Source of the DNA: Paraspadella gotoi
Lineage: Eukaryota; Animalia; Chaetognatha
Direction of reading: 5' to 3'
Assembly (NCBI GenBank): GCA_051294375.1
Contig: CM119266.1
Location: 9,370,538-9,434,537 of the forward strand
Length of the DNA stretch: 64,000 nucleotides
Shown: piece after piece, positions 1 through 10,589 of the stretch
Numbering within the stretch: the stretch's first letter is position 1
Layout of the letters: each line of letters opens with the position of its first letter
Notes under the pieces: generated by a model
What the model was told of the DNA's origin: nothing
The model's database searches: none
Seen by the model: the letters and a program-made list of their open reading frames with translations, nothing else
Made by a program: the position numbers and the translations under genes

Positions 1-1097
1 AGCAGAGAGTTTAATAGATAGTAGATAGAAGATAATAGATAGTTTTTGTTATTAATAAAAAAATATATATAGTAGAATCTTAAAGCGAGGATCTTACTTT
101 AATTAGATCACAGAAGAACAATAATACAATAGTTTGTGGTTTAAATATAAAAATTTAAGTGCAAGAAAAAGTAAAAAAGANNNNNNNNNNAGACATTCTA
201 TTACATTCTCCTAATTAAGTTATGTATTATTACTGTTACATCGAGATAAATATAAATATGCGATTTTATTCGAATACNNNNNNNNNNNNNNNNNNNNNNN
301 NNNNNNNNNNNNNNNNNNNNNNNNNNNNNNNNNNNNNNNNNNNNNNNNNNNNNNNNNNNNNNNNNNNNNNNNNNNNNNNNNNNNNNNNNNNNNNNNNNNN
401 NNNNNNNNNNNNNNNNNNNNNNNNNNNNNNNNNNNNNNNNNNNNNNNNNNNNNNNNNNNNNNNNNNNNNNNNNNNNNNNNNNNNNNNNNNNNNNNNNNNN
501 NNNNNNNNNNNNNNNNNNNNNNNNNNNNNNNNNNNNNNNNNNNAACGGATATACTATAACTTATAAAAGATTGAAAAAGGAACAAATGGTGAATGTGAGA
601 ATAGAAAGGGAAACGTGATTATCACGTGATACGAAAGGCGTCTTCTTGACTTCAGTGAGTCAAACTGTGTCCTGAAGAGACAGTAATTATTGATAAGTGT
701 TAATGACAGAACCGTTCAATATAAGCAGTCCCTGAGCTTCGGATCAGGCTGTAACACCATGTTACAGGCGGGTTAAGCGCCCCGTCCCTCTTAACTGCGA
801 GGCCACCACCGGGCTAAAACCCCGGACCTTTTGGGTTGGGAGGCGACTGACTTGCCTCCGGCACCAATGGCCGCTGATGAACGGTTGGTGGATTTTAGTC
901 CACCATAGTCCTGAAATTAGACTCGTAGAGAGAATAAGACGAGAAAGGTATATATACAATTTTAAATAAACAATATTCATACCAGAGAGATTAATAGATA
1001 GTAGATAGAAGATAATAGATAGTTTTTTTTATTAAAAAAAAAATAGATAGTAGAATCTTAAAGTGAGGATCTTACTTTAATTAGATCACAGAAGAAC

Positions 1098-1131
<34 letters not shown>

Positions 1132-1450
1132 NNNNNNNNNNNNNNNNNNNNNNNNNNNNNNNNNNNNNNNNNNNNNNNNNNNNNNNNNNNNNNNNNNNNN
1201 NNNNNNNNNNNNNNNNNNNNNNNNNNNNNNNNNNNNNNNNNNNNNNNNNNNNNNNNNNNNNNNNNNNNNNNNNNNNNNNNNNNNNNNNNNNNNNNNNNNN
1301 NNNNNNNNNNNNNNNNNNNNNNNNNNNNNNNNNNNNNNNNNNNNNNNNNNNNNNNNNNNNNNNNNNNNNNNNTCACAGAGAACATAATAGTAATAATAAT
1401 CATAATAATAATAAATAAAAATTTAAGTGCAGGAAAAAGTAAAAAGAAAA
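1..1450. repeat. Local duplication around N-gaps (1-180 repeated at ~983-1110 and ~1373-1448)
   Basis: ttaatagatagtagatagaagataatagatag...ttagatcacagaagaacaataata occurs twice; aaatttaagtgca(a/g)gaaaaagtaaaaa occurs twice. Confidence 0.8.
725..930 (-). mobile_element. Probable tRNA-related SINE with hairpin-rich body
   Basis: Minus strand CGCCTCCCAACCCAAAAGGTCCGGGGTTTTAGCCCGG resembles the 8085-8160 head with a degenerate B-box; followed by hairpins ctgtaaca/tgttacag and cctga..tcagg. Confidence 0.42.
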
Positions 1451-1497
1451 CGTTAGACTTATATAATAGACGTATATAATTTATATAACTCAAACAT

Positions 1498-4400
1498 TCA
1501 AGAATAAATTATCTTTTGAGAAGTGAGCAACATGAGAGAAAAGGAAGAAGTAGCGTTTATCACGAAAAATCCTCTATCGATCGAATCCAAGATTTTCTTC
1601 ACTTTATGTCTTCGATTCTCGGCGGAGTCCTCGGCACTGCTTCCTCCTCCTCCTCCTCCTACTTTTCCGGCAACCCTCTCGTCACCTTCCGCCCCGAGAG
1701 GCGTCGGAGAAGCGCCCACTCTTCCGTCGACGCCGGCGCATGCGCATGCGTCGACGGTCAAGTGTTTGTCCAGAGCCAAGAGGAGGATCGTTTCGACGAG
1801 GGCGACGACGGATTGGACGAAGGTCGACATCACGAACGAGGCTGGAAACGGAGGTGGAATCGTAATCAGAATAACAATCATTACTACAATTTGCCAATTA
1901 TTACAATTAGAATCGTTTATCACACTGACATTTACGTGCAATCACAGCCTCTACAGAGAAATACAATCAAAATCACAAATACACTGCACAACTAAAATCG
2001 CTATCTCAGACTAAGTATCGCATCCGTAATCCACAATCCTTTATCCCGTAATTACCTGCCAACTGACAATTACCAGCAATTACCTGCCAACTGACAATAC
2101 CAGCAAGTATCTGCCAAACTGACAATTACCAGCAATTACCTGCCAAATGACAATTACACAATTACCTGCCAACTGACAATTACCAGCAATTACCTGCCAA
2201 CTGACATTACCAGCAATACCTGCAAATGACAATACCACATTACCTGCCAATGACAATTACAACAAATACTGCCAAATGACAATTACCAGCAATTACATGC
2301 CAACTGACAATACCAGCAATTACCTGCCAAATGACAATTACCAGCAATTACCTACCAACTGACAATTACCAGCAATTACCTGCCAACTGACAATTATCAG
2401 CAATTCCAGCCCCACTAGAAATCAAATCCCAACAACAACTAAAATTCCACTCGTTATCACAACAAAAATTCCACTAACAATTACTATTACAATTTCTCTA
2501 ACAATCACAGCTACAATTCCACTAACTCACACAGAAACGTGAAGGTAGAAGAAGGAATTTGCGTGTTGGGCTGCATGATGAGTACGGAGAGAGTGAGCAC
2601 CATCGTGACCGAGTAGCCAAGCCTCTCGCCCATGACCCGCGGGACGCAATAAACGAAACAAATGAGGACGTTGAAGAGGAAACATGGGACGACGAACGTG
2701 GTCAGGATCGTCGCAGCTTTTCGTCGCACGACGACGACGAAGAATTCGTCGTCGTAGTCGTAGCGAAAATCTTCGAAAGTCCATTTCGTCGAGTTTAGGA
2801 GATTTTGGTTGGGAAGCGTCTTTTTTTTTTTTTTTTTTTGAAGATTAATTGATTATGAAGAGATTATAAGGTAACTAATGTTATTTATCAATTATTATTT
2901 ATTAGATAAGCTATCTTGTCTCTCACTATCTTGCCTGGTGCCGGGTTAAGTCCTCCATCCCGGTTTCAAAATGTAATAACTTCTGTACTTTTTAGTACAT
3001 TCAATGTCAAAGTTATTCCTTCGCTCATTAAATTAGCTGCCATGCGGCTATGGTGAATAAAGCTTTTATTAAAGGCCTCCATATTTTTTTTCATGATAAT
3101 ATATCGTAGCAAGATATTACAAATTTTCAATCAAGACTTTCCCACGGTCTTGTTTCAATAATTCCCTGAGTGCTGTATCTTTAAATTGTTAATAACTATA
3201 AATATAATAATATATAATAATATAATTTCTACATATGGTAATATAATTTGTTTGTTTATTAAATAAATCTTATCAATTTTATGTACTCGCCTGAAAGTCG
3301 ATCTTCAACCTGCCCTCGTTCGGTTGAGGCACGAATGTAAATTTGCACATCTGCCTGTCAAAGGGATAAGTGCCCAAGTACAAGGGGCACCATACTTCCA
3401 GACCCAAAATGCCACGCCAATTCATCGTGCCGTTGCGAGAGACAATCACCGGAAAGGAATTCATTTGATTGGACATGACTGGCGACTTCACCTGGAGATT
3501 GATGAAGTAGTTAATATTCTGCTGTTGCCTGGGAATTGTTGTATTAAAATAAGAATTACAGTCATACGATGCTGTTTTAATGATCACTTTTTTTTTAGTA
3601 ATTTTCCAATATTTATTTGGTTTAGGGAAGAATAAAATATAGGTTTATAAAGAGGTATCAAAGGGGCTTTCGGATGCACCAAAAACAGCAAAACTACATA
3701 ATCTAATTAAACATTACAATGCATGACAATTATATCTTTTAAATTTAAGATTCATACTTGCGGGCTGACGACGAAATCGAAAACCTTGGTTCTCTGTGGC
3801 CCAGTCACGAATTTCGTAAAATGTCCGGTCTTGTTTACATAATCCTGTAACATGATTTTACACCGGAATCTCACGATGTTCTAAAAATAGCTAAGGTGGA
3901 GCTCTTCGAATTGTGATATTTCCCCGTTGAAAAGTCATTCAAAATCTTTATTATTTTTTTGTAAATTTGGTAAAATAATAAAAAAAAAAAAGTATTCCTT
4001 CGCTTGTAATTAAATGATAAAATCCCCCCAAAAAAAATCCTCGCCTGGCAATTTCGTCGCCTCTTTGTCCTCGGTTGCGCGATCATGTGACAACGCTCCT
4101 CGTCCCACCTGACCAAACTATTTTGCCAAGTGATATCGACGTGAATGGTGAGGCTCAAAACTCCCTCATCGCTCAGCTTCTCCATCGTGAGAGGAATAAC
4201 GGAAAATTGGACGCGTTGCTCCTTGTCGTCGATTGCGTAGGATCCTCCGTCGAATTGTTCGTGGATCGTGGACCGAATCATCCCGCCGCAAGACTCCATC
4301 ACGCAGCATTGTTCTCTGATTGTTAGAACGAATCGGTCGCTGAGATCATTATCGTACGACGCTTTGCGAAATTTTACTTGAAAACTTGAAACGACATAAT

Positions 4401-4826
4401 TTAACTCGAAAATTGATATTTCGACTACCGCAATACCACAATTACCGCAATAACCGTTAAGGAATTAGTAAATAAATAGCGATTAATTAGTAAAAGTATT
4501 TAACGCGTAGTCTATGCGGTAAAAAAATTACGTTGCACCCTAAATCTCTGTTTGGAATTTAATGAAAGATTAAAAAAAAATTTAAACGAAGCTAAAATCT
4601 ATTTTTATAATTACTACATGCCCAGATCTACGGTCTGACTCTTTGAAGCCTTTTCAAAGTCAATGAATAGTTTATATTCAATGACGTCTAGAAATTTTTG
4701 AAACATATTATAAAACATGTAATGCATGTCAAAACGCAATATTTTACTGAGCCAGTAAGTAACCTAATTCTCTTGTCGACAATAAAGAATTAAGAGAGAC
4801 GGGGTGTGAAGAATTGTTTTCTTCAT
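1498..4826 (-). CDS. Divergent Cys-loop ligand-gated ion channel subunit (nAChR/5-HT3-like, cation-type, non-alpha); exons ~4826-4764, 4361-4045, 3844-3758, 3491-3291, 2819-2531, 1841-1498
   Basis: Exact Cys-loop signature CPLYLGTYPFDRQMC (C-x13-C); ITWQNSLVRWD strand; pre-M1 RRK, M1 TILTTFVVPCFLFNVLICFVY, GER motif, M2 LGYSVTMVLTLSVLI with Leu9', M3 SFVMSTFVQSVVALVETILLL, M4 preceded by IDR. Intron phases agree across exons 2-6. Exon 1 (MKKTILHTPSLLIL..LSTRELA, signal-peptide-like) needs one extra T in a T-run and is less certain. Confidence 0.92.
2050..2410. repeat. 28-bp minisatellite (aattacctgccaactgacaattaccagc)n in the last intron of the channel gene
   Basis: About 12-13 head-to-tail units with small indels and no unique spacers. 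Confidence 0.95.
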
Positions 4827-5247
4827 GCCAGCGGAGACGAGCATTCCTAACGTCACCCGTGCCGAATGATTAAGAAAAACGCAGAATAAAGTTTTTATAA
4901 GTTTATTTTCTTCGTAAAAAGGTTCATTGGAAACTCGTAAAAACGGAGTTTCGGTCACAGACAAACGTGAGTTTATGAGTCTTCAAGAGAAACTAAAAAA
5001 CGATTACAAATATCTCTCTTAAATTCGATAAAAGCCCGCAGAAATTGGGCAAAACGCTGAAATCAGACAAGGTCAAGTGAAACCCTGATAGTAGGTACAA
5101 AAACGAGGCAGATATATTCACACGTGGCATTAATCCTGCCTGTATCACGGATTTACAACTTTATCCGAAGTTCGGGACTGCTAAAATTGAATTGCTTTGT
5201 CGCTAACTCGTAACAATTAATTCTGTCTCTTAACTTAAGAATACAGA

Positions 5248-5826
5248 ACCGGTCTTGGCTTTCCTTCATAAGTCCAGGGAAGCTATATCTTCTATAATAA
5301 TGAATGGAATGACTTGATATGCATGTGTGGGATGGAACTCGGTATGGTCTATTCCCCATTCTATATTTCCAAAAAAAATTTTTAAGTTTTGTTTTGAGCA
5401 TCATATTTAAACAAAAATTTAATTTGCATACTCTGCTCAAAATACTTTTTTTTCTCAGTAAAAATTAATCTAATGGTCTAATGGTAAAGTGTTAGGCTGA
5501 AAAAAAAATTATTTATTAATTTATGCATAGTTGCTAATAATAATAATTAGCTTATTATTTATTTTTTATTATTAGTTCAACTTTTATTATAGAAATTAAT
5601 AGTTTGATTGATAGGCAATTTTAATCCTGTAATCAAATTATAATTTTTTTTATTATTAACTAAAGTGTTTTTATACTATAATACAAAATATGATTTTTGA
5701 TAAATAAATATTTAAAAAAAAAAACTAGTTTGGCATAATTTTTTTTATTTTTTATATCAAATCATCCATTCATTATTATAGAAGAATATAGCATCCCTGG
5801 ACTTATGAAGGAAAGCCAAGACCGGT
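5248..5826. mobile_element. MITE/foldback-like element with ~73-bp terminal inverted repeats
   Basis: accggtcttggctttccttcataagtccaggga...gatat (5248-5320) is the near-exact reverse complement of 5754-5826; AT-rich interior; no clear target-site duplication. Confidence 0.72.
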
Positions 5827-5931
5827 AATTTCTTTTGGAGCGAAATCAAGTTTGAAAGATATTTCATATCTAGACGCCAACCGTTTTTTCTAGTTTTAAA
5901 CTTCGCGAAAAAAAAAAATTAGTCCTCGAAA

Positions 5932-7505
5932 ATGGCGGAAATAAATGTCGTTGATTTTCTCCAAGATTTTTGGGGAAAAGACGGTTCGACTGGGAACACG
6001 GAAGAAAATTTGAAATACGTTGAAAATATTGTGAAAAATGCAAAAGGTGATTTGGCTTTAACAATTTTGATTGTATTATTGTTATGTTATTTTTTTATTA
6101 TTTTAATTTGATAACTTAATCTCAGAGAGTTTTGATTATTTTTCAGTATTTACAACACATCAACTGCTTGGAACTCAAATTTTAAATTTAATTTCTAGGA
6201 AAAAGTTTGGATGAATCTTTTGTGAAGATTACGCCGCTACAATTTTATTGCTTTCATTTGACGATTCAAAGTCTTTTGATTAAAGAGAACAGGTGATTCA
6301 AACTCATGTCTAATTTACATAAAATCTAATAATATCTACGTATATCTTTTAAAACTTTCTTTAACTTAAGATTTTATTGCTCCTTGTTTAAAGTTTAAGC
6401 AATGGGAGATATAATTTTATTTAATTTGTACCATTTTTCTTATTTTTAAACCGTTTCATATTTGTTAATCAGGGATTATCTAGAAGATTTCCGAGAAATG
6501 TTCATATCTTTAAATTCCGAAGAATTGGCGCTGACAGCGAGCGCCTTAATCGCCTGTCGAGATCAAACCTTGGAGGATATCGACCAACTTGTTATCCAAA
6601 ACGATGAAAATCAGAAAAACCTGTTTCAGTTTGAATTTATCAAATGGCTCTTGATTAATGCGCTGGCGGAATATCAGCGGGAGAATAAATTGCGCAAAAA
6701 ATATACCAATTCTTTGAATAGAATGAAGGAAAAGCTAGATTCTTTCAAAGCAAATCCTGATTGTGATTCAAAGTTGATCAATGTGGTCGAATATCATTTA
6801 AAAATGTGGGAATTGCAAAATAAGAGCACATGGCATAATGTAATTAAACCGAAATGGAAACCGTTTCTGAAAAAAGCTGAGGAAAGATTTGGCAAACATA
6901 TTTTCCTTGTGAAAGTTTATAAGAATTCTGCGTCTTGTTTGTCATTGATGGGAGAAAATGAGGAAGCATTCCTACTTTATTCAAAAGCCTATGACATGGC
7001 AAAAGAATTGAAAGACCCAAAATCCTTGGCCGCGGTCCTTAAATATTGGGCCGCCGCTTTGCGCGATGTACTCAGAGTGGAAGAAGCCATGGAAAAGATA
7101 AAGGAAATGGAAAGTATTTCTACTCGGAACGATTTAAATCTCGATTCCCTCATCAGCTATAACAAAGCTAAAATCCATTACGCCACTTACGTGATAGAAG
7201 CTAAAAAGTGTTACGATTTAGTGAAAGAAAGGAAAGATATATCGAACGGGAAAATGTCGACGATGGTTAGACAGGAATTGTTGGATCACATCGAATTTCC
7301 CATGGAGCTGCTGATAAAAACCCAATTCAAAAGAAATCGCTGCCGCTTTGGAAAAAACTGTATAAAACCATTGTGCATTTACTGGCATGAAACTCACAGA
7401 TACGCCCAACGTTTTTCAGANNNNNNNNNNCTTTGGAAAAGAAAGAAACAAATACAGAGACAGACAGAGTTGGCAAAAAAATGGGCTTTTTTAAAACAAG
7501 TTTGA
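5932..7505 (+). CDS. TPR-repeat protein with C-terminal CCCH zinc finger (~410 aa); exons 5932-6046, 6199-6292, 6473-7505
   Basis: ATG 5932 (MAEINVVDFLQ...), two GT-AG introns with matching phases (1, 2) joining the 347-aa ORF; TPR-like helices VYKNSASCLSLMGENEEAFLLYSKAYDMAKEL and AAVLKYWAAALRDVLRVEEAMEKIKE; CRFGKNCIKPLCIYWH = C-x5-C-x4-C-x3-H. The frame after the N-gap at 7421-7430 is uncertain. Confidence 0.8.
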
Positions 7506-7983
7506 GCAAACAATGTCGGATCTGCCTACGATAATTAATTAATTAATTGATTAATTATTAATTAATTAATTAATAGATTAATTATAATTTATATTCAGCT
7601 TGTCATCATCGATGTCCTTAAAATTGAGTCAGGACAGTTATTAAATGTTTTGTTACATTTTATCAAAACAAACAAATATCCTCTATTATCGAGCCAGGCG
7701 GCAAAGCCCGTCCTGTCTAGATTTTTTTTCGGTTTAGCTTTCGGTCTCGCTTTTTTGCAATCATGGCTTCTGAAAGTGTGATATCATAGGGAGTTGAATT
7801 TCATATATGGCTTCTAATCATCAAGATCTTTAAAATTCTCATGTTTCATATCAATATTGGTATTTGTTTATGTTTATTTACAAAACAAAAACGTTTTAAT
7901 TATATGTCGCTCTCTCTCTCTCTCTTTTTCTCCGTCACTGCTTCTTCTAAAAACGAGTTCGGCTCTGCAGCGTCTGTCCAGCT

Positions 7984-8038
<55 letters not shown>

Positions 8039-8084
8039 ACAAAAAATTTTTAGATATAATGTGGTTCACTAATGTAAAAAACGA

Positions 8085-8160
8085 TGCCGCGAACAGGGCG
8101 CGAACCCGGGTCCTTTGGGTAGAGAATAGCTCACGCTACGTGCGGCGCCTTAAGTACTGC
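8085..8160 (-). mobile_element. tRNA-derived SINE head / tRNA-like remnant
   Basis: Minus strand ...CTACCCAAAGGACCCGGGTTCGCGCCC with a B-box/T-arm hairpin; no complete acceptor stem. Confidence 0.5.
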
Positions 8161-8479
8161 TGATTCTTTAACGAGTAAAGGGCTGTAGAGCTTCTCTCTC
8201 TCTCTCTCTTTTAATTATTATATATCGCTCTTTCTCTTTCTCTTTTTCTCTGCAGCGACTGTCTCTCTCTCTCTCTCTTTTCTCTCTCTCTCTCTGTCTC
8301 TCTGTCTCTCTGTGTGTGTCTGTCCTATCTGTCCGATCTTTTGCGTGATCGTTGTTTTGGAAAAATTCTGATTATTTTTTCCTTCTAAAAACTTTTTATT
8401 ATTGCCATTTATTCCGCGCTTTTTTTCAATACAAAATCCCATATTTTCATCCGAGATTTCGTGGATTTATTCTCTTTCT

Positions 8480-8522
<43 letters not shown>

Positions 8523-8526
8523 TCCT

Positions 8527-8591
<65 letters not shown>

Positions 8592-8618
8592 ACTCATACA
8601 CGCATTTGTTTGTTTTAT

Positions 8619-8830
8619 TGACTATCATCGCATCAATGAATGACAATCATCGCATCAATGAATGACAATCATCGCATCACTGAATGACTATCATCACAGC
8701 AGTGAATGACTATCATCGCATCAATAATTGATTATCATCGAATCAATAATCAATTCCTATTACATCAATAAATTACTATTACATCAATCAATTAGTATTA
8801 CCTCAATCAATTACTAGTACATCAACAATT
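8619..8830. repeat. 22-bp minisatellite (tgactatcatcgcatcaatgaa)n decaying into ~19-bp units
   Basis: Direct tandem units visible at 8619-8745, shorter variants to ~8830. Confidence 0.85.
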
Positions 8831-10589
8831 CGTTATCGCATGATTCATTCGTTTTTTTCCCGGTTTTTTTCATTAATTTTCTATGATAGTGGGCTCTGGC
8901 TCGATCTTGAGTCTTTAAGATTTTTTTATTTTATGTCTCCTTCTCTCTCTCTCTCTCTCACTCTCTCTCTTTCTCTCTCACTCTCTCTCTCTCTCTCACT
9001 CTCTCTTTCTCTCTCTCTCTCTTTTTATGCAATAGCGACGATCCTTATGCTTTTAAGATTTTTAACTTGCATCATTTTTCAACTTGCATAATTTTTTCAA
9101 CTTGCATTCCGTCAAACTTTATATCTTGCTTCTTCACTCACTTTCCTACCGGCTCACAAAATTTCATCTCAATCTATCATGGGTTAAAATAAATAAAAAG
9201 ATTCAAGTAAATGTGACTCATATTTTTTCATTTAAACTCATTTCCACTGGTACGTTTCCACTGAAACTTTATATCAAGCTTCGTCATACGTTTTCCTCCC
9301 CACACACAAAATTTCAACTCAATCTATCCATCCAATTATGATTAATTGGAGTATTTATTGGTTAAAATAAGTAAAAAGATTTTAGTAAATTCGACTTATG
9401 TTTTTTCAATTTAAACTAATTTCCACTCACACGATTCCATCGAAATTTATATCCAGCTTTATCACACACTTTCCTACCCACACACAAATTTAATTCCAAT
9501 CCAACCAGCCAATCACGAGTTATTGGAGCTTTTGCTAAGATGGGACGGATGGACGGATTGATTGACTAATTAATTAATTATTGATTAATTTATTTACTAA
9601 TTGATTAATTAACTGATTAATTATTTGATTTATTAATACATCCTGCAGATACATTTAATATAAAAGGAAAAAGAAGCATAATCAATTAGTAAAACAGGTT
9701 TTTTGTTTTTTTCCATTTAAACTCATTTCCACTCAAACTATTCCATCGAAACTTGATTTCCTGTTCAATGACACACTTTCCCTACCCACATACAAATATT
9801 CCAGGTCAATCAGCCCATCCACTCTGAGCAATTGGTGTTCAATAGTGAATATATTTTTTTGTTTTTCCATTTAAATCATTTCCACTCGGACGATTCCATC
9901 GCAAACTTAATATCCAGCTCATCACACACTTACCTATCCACACACAAAATTTCATTTTAAATCCATCCATCCAATCACGAGTAATTGGTGTTTTTTGCTA
10001 TGGTGGGACGGACGGACGGACGGACGACGGACGGACAGACAGCGGACGGACGGACATCATTTTTTTTGCAAATTTTATCAAATTCGATGTTCTGACATGA
10101 TATAAGTGTGTGTCCGACAATATTGGGGGGGCGGACCGACGGACGAAAAAGTGAGTATAAAAAGTGAGTTATAGAGTCGGGATCTGCTGATAAGCAGATT
10201 CCGACTAAAAACCAGCCCATATGGTTTTGGTTTTTTTGTGTTTTGGGGGTTTTATTTAGTATTTTATGGTTTTTTGGGTTTTTTTTTAAATTGTAGATAG
10301 TGGACTGTCATATTAATTCTTTTTAAGATATAAATTTAATGTATTTTTACTTCTTAAGTGATTACTGATAAAATATATAAAATATACTAATTATATTTAA
10401 TAATAGTATTAATGAATATTTTTATGGTAAACAGAAATGCAATAAATATAAATATTATATTTTCTGAATAAAACATATGAAAAAGTATAAAAACTTTATT
10501 TTATTAGAAAATAATAATTAAATACTAAAAATAATTCGTTATTAATTAATATTAACATTTATATAAATTATTATTACCTTAAAAATCAA

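Larger units (their letters stand above)
7494..10210 (-). mobile_element. Non-autonomous Helentron-type (DINE-1/HINE-like) element
   Basis: One end has the hairpin agtcgggatctgct-gata-agcagattccgact + A5 (10175-10210); the other end has the matching subterminal IR gtcggatctgc (7515-7525) next to aaacaagtttgagcaaac. Internal (GGAC)n microsatellite (10006-10054) and repeated ~120-200 bp core units (9110-9990). Both ends recur at 54807-56385. Confidence 0.7.

Noticed and set aside
870-920. CTGATGA...GAAA as a hammerhead ribozyme
   Set aside because: CTGATGA sits in a simple hairpin loop; stems I and III and the cleavage triplet cannot be formed.
2050-2410. 28-bp repeats as a CRISPR array
   Set aside because: Head-to-tail units without unique spacers, inside a eukaryotic intron, no cas genes.
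8085-8160. Functional tRNA gene
   Set aside because: Only the T-arm/B-box is convincing; no full cloverleaf, so treated as a SINE-like remnant.
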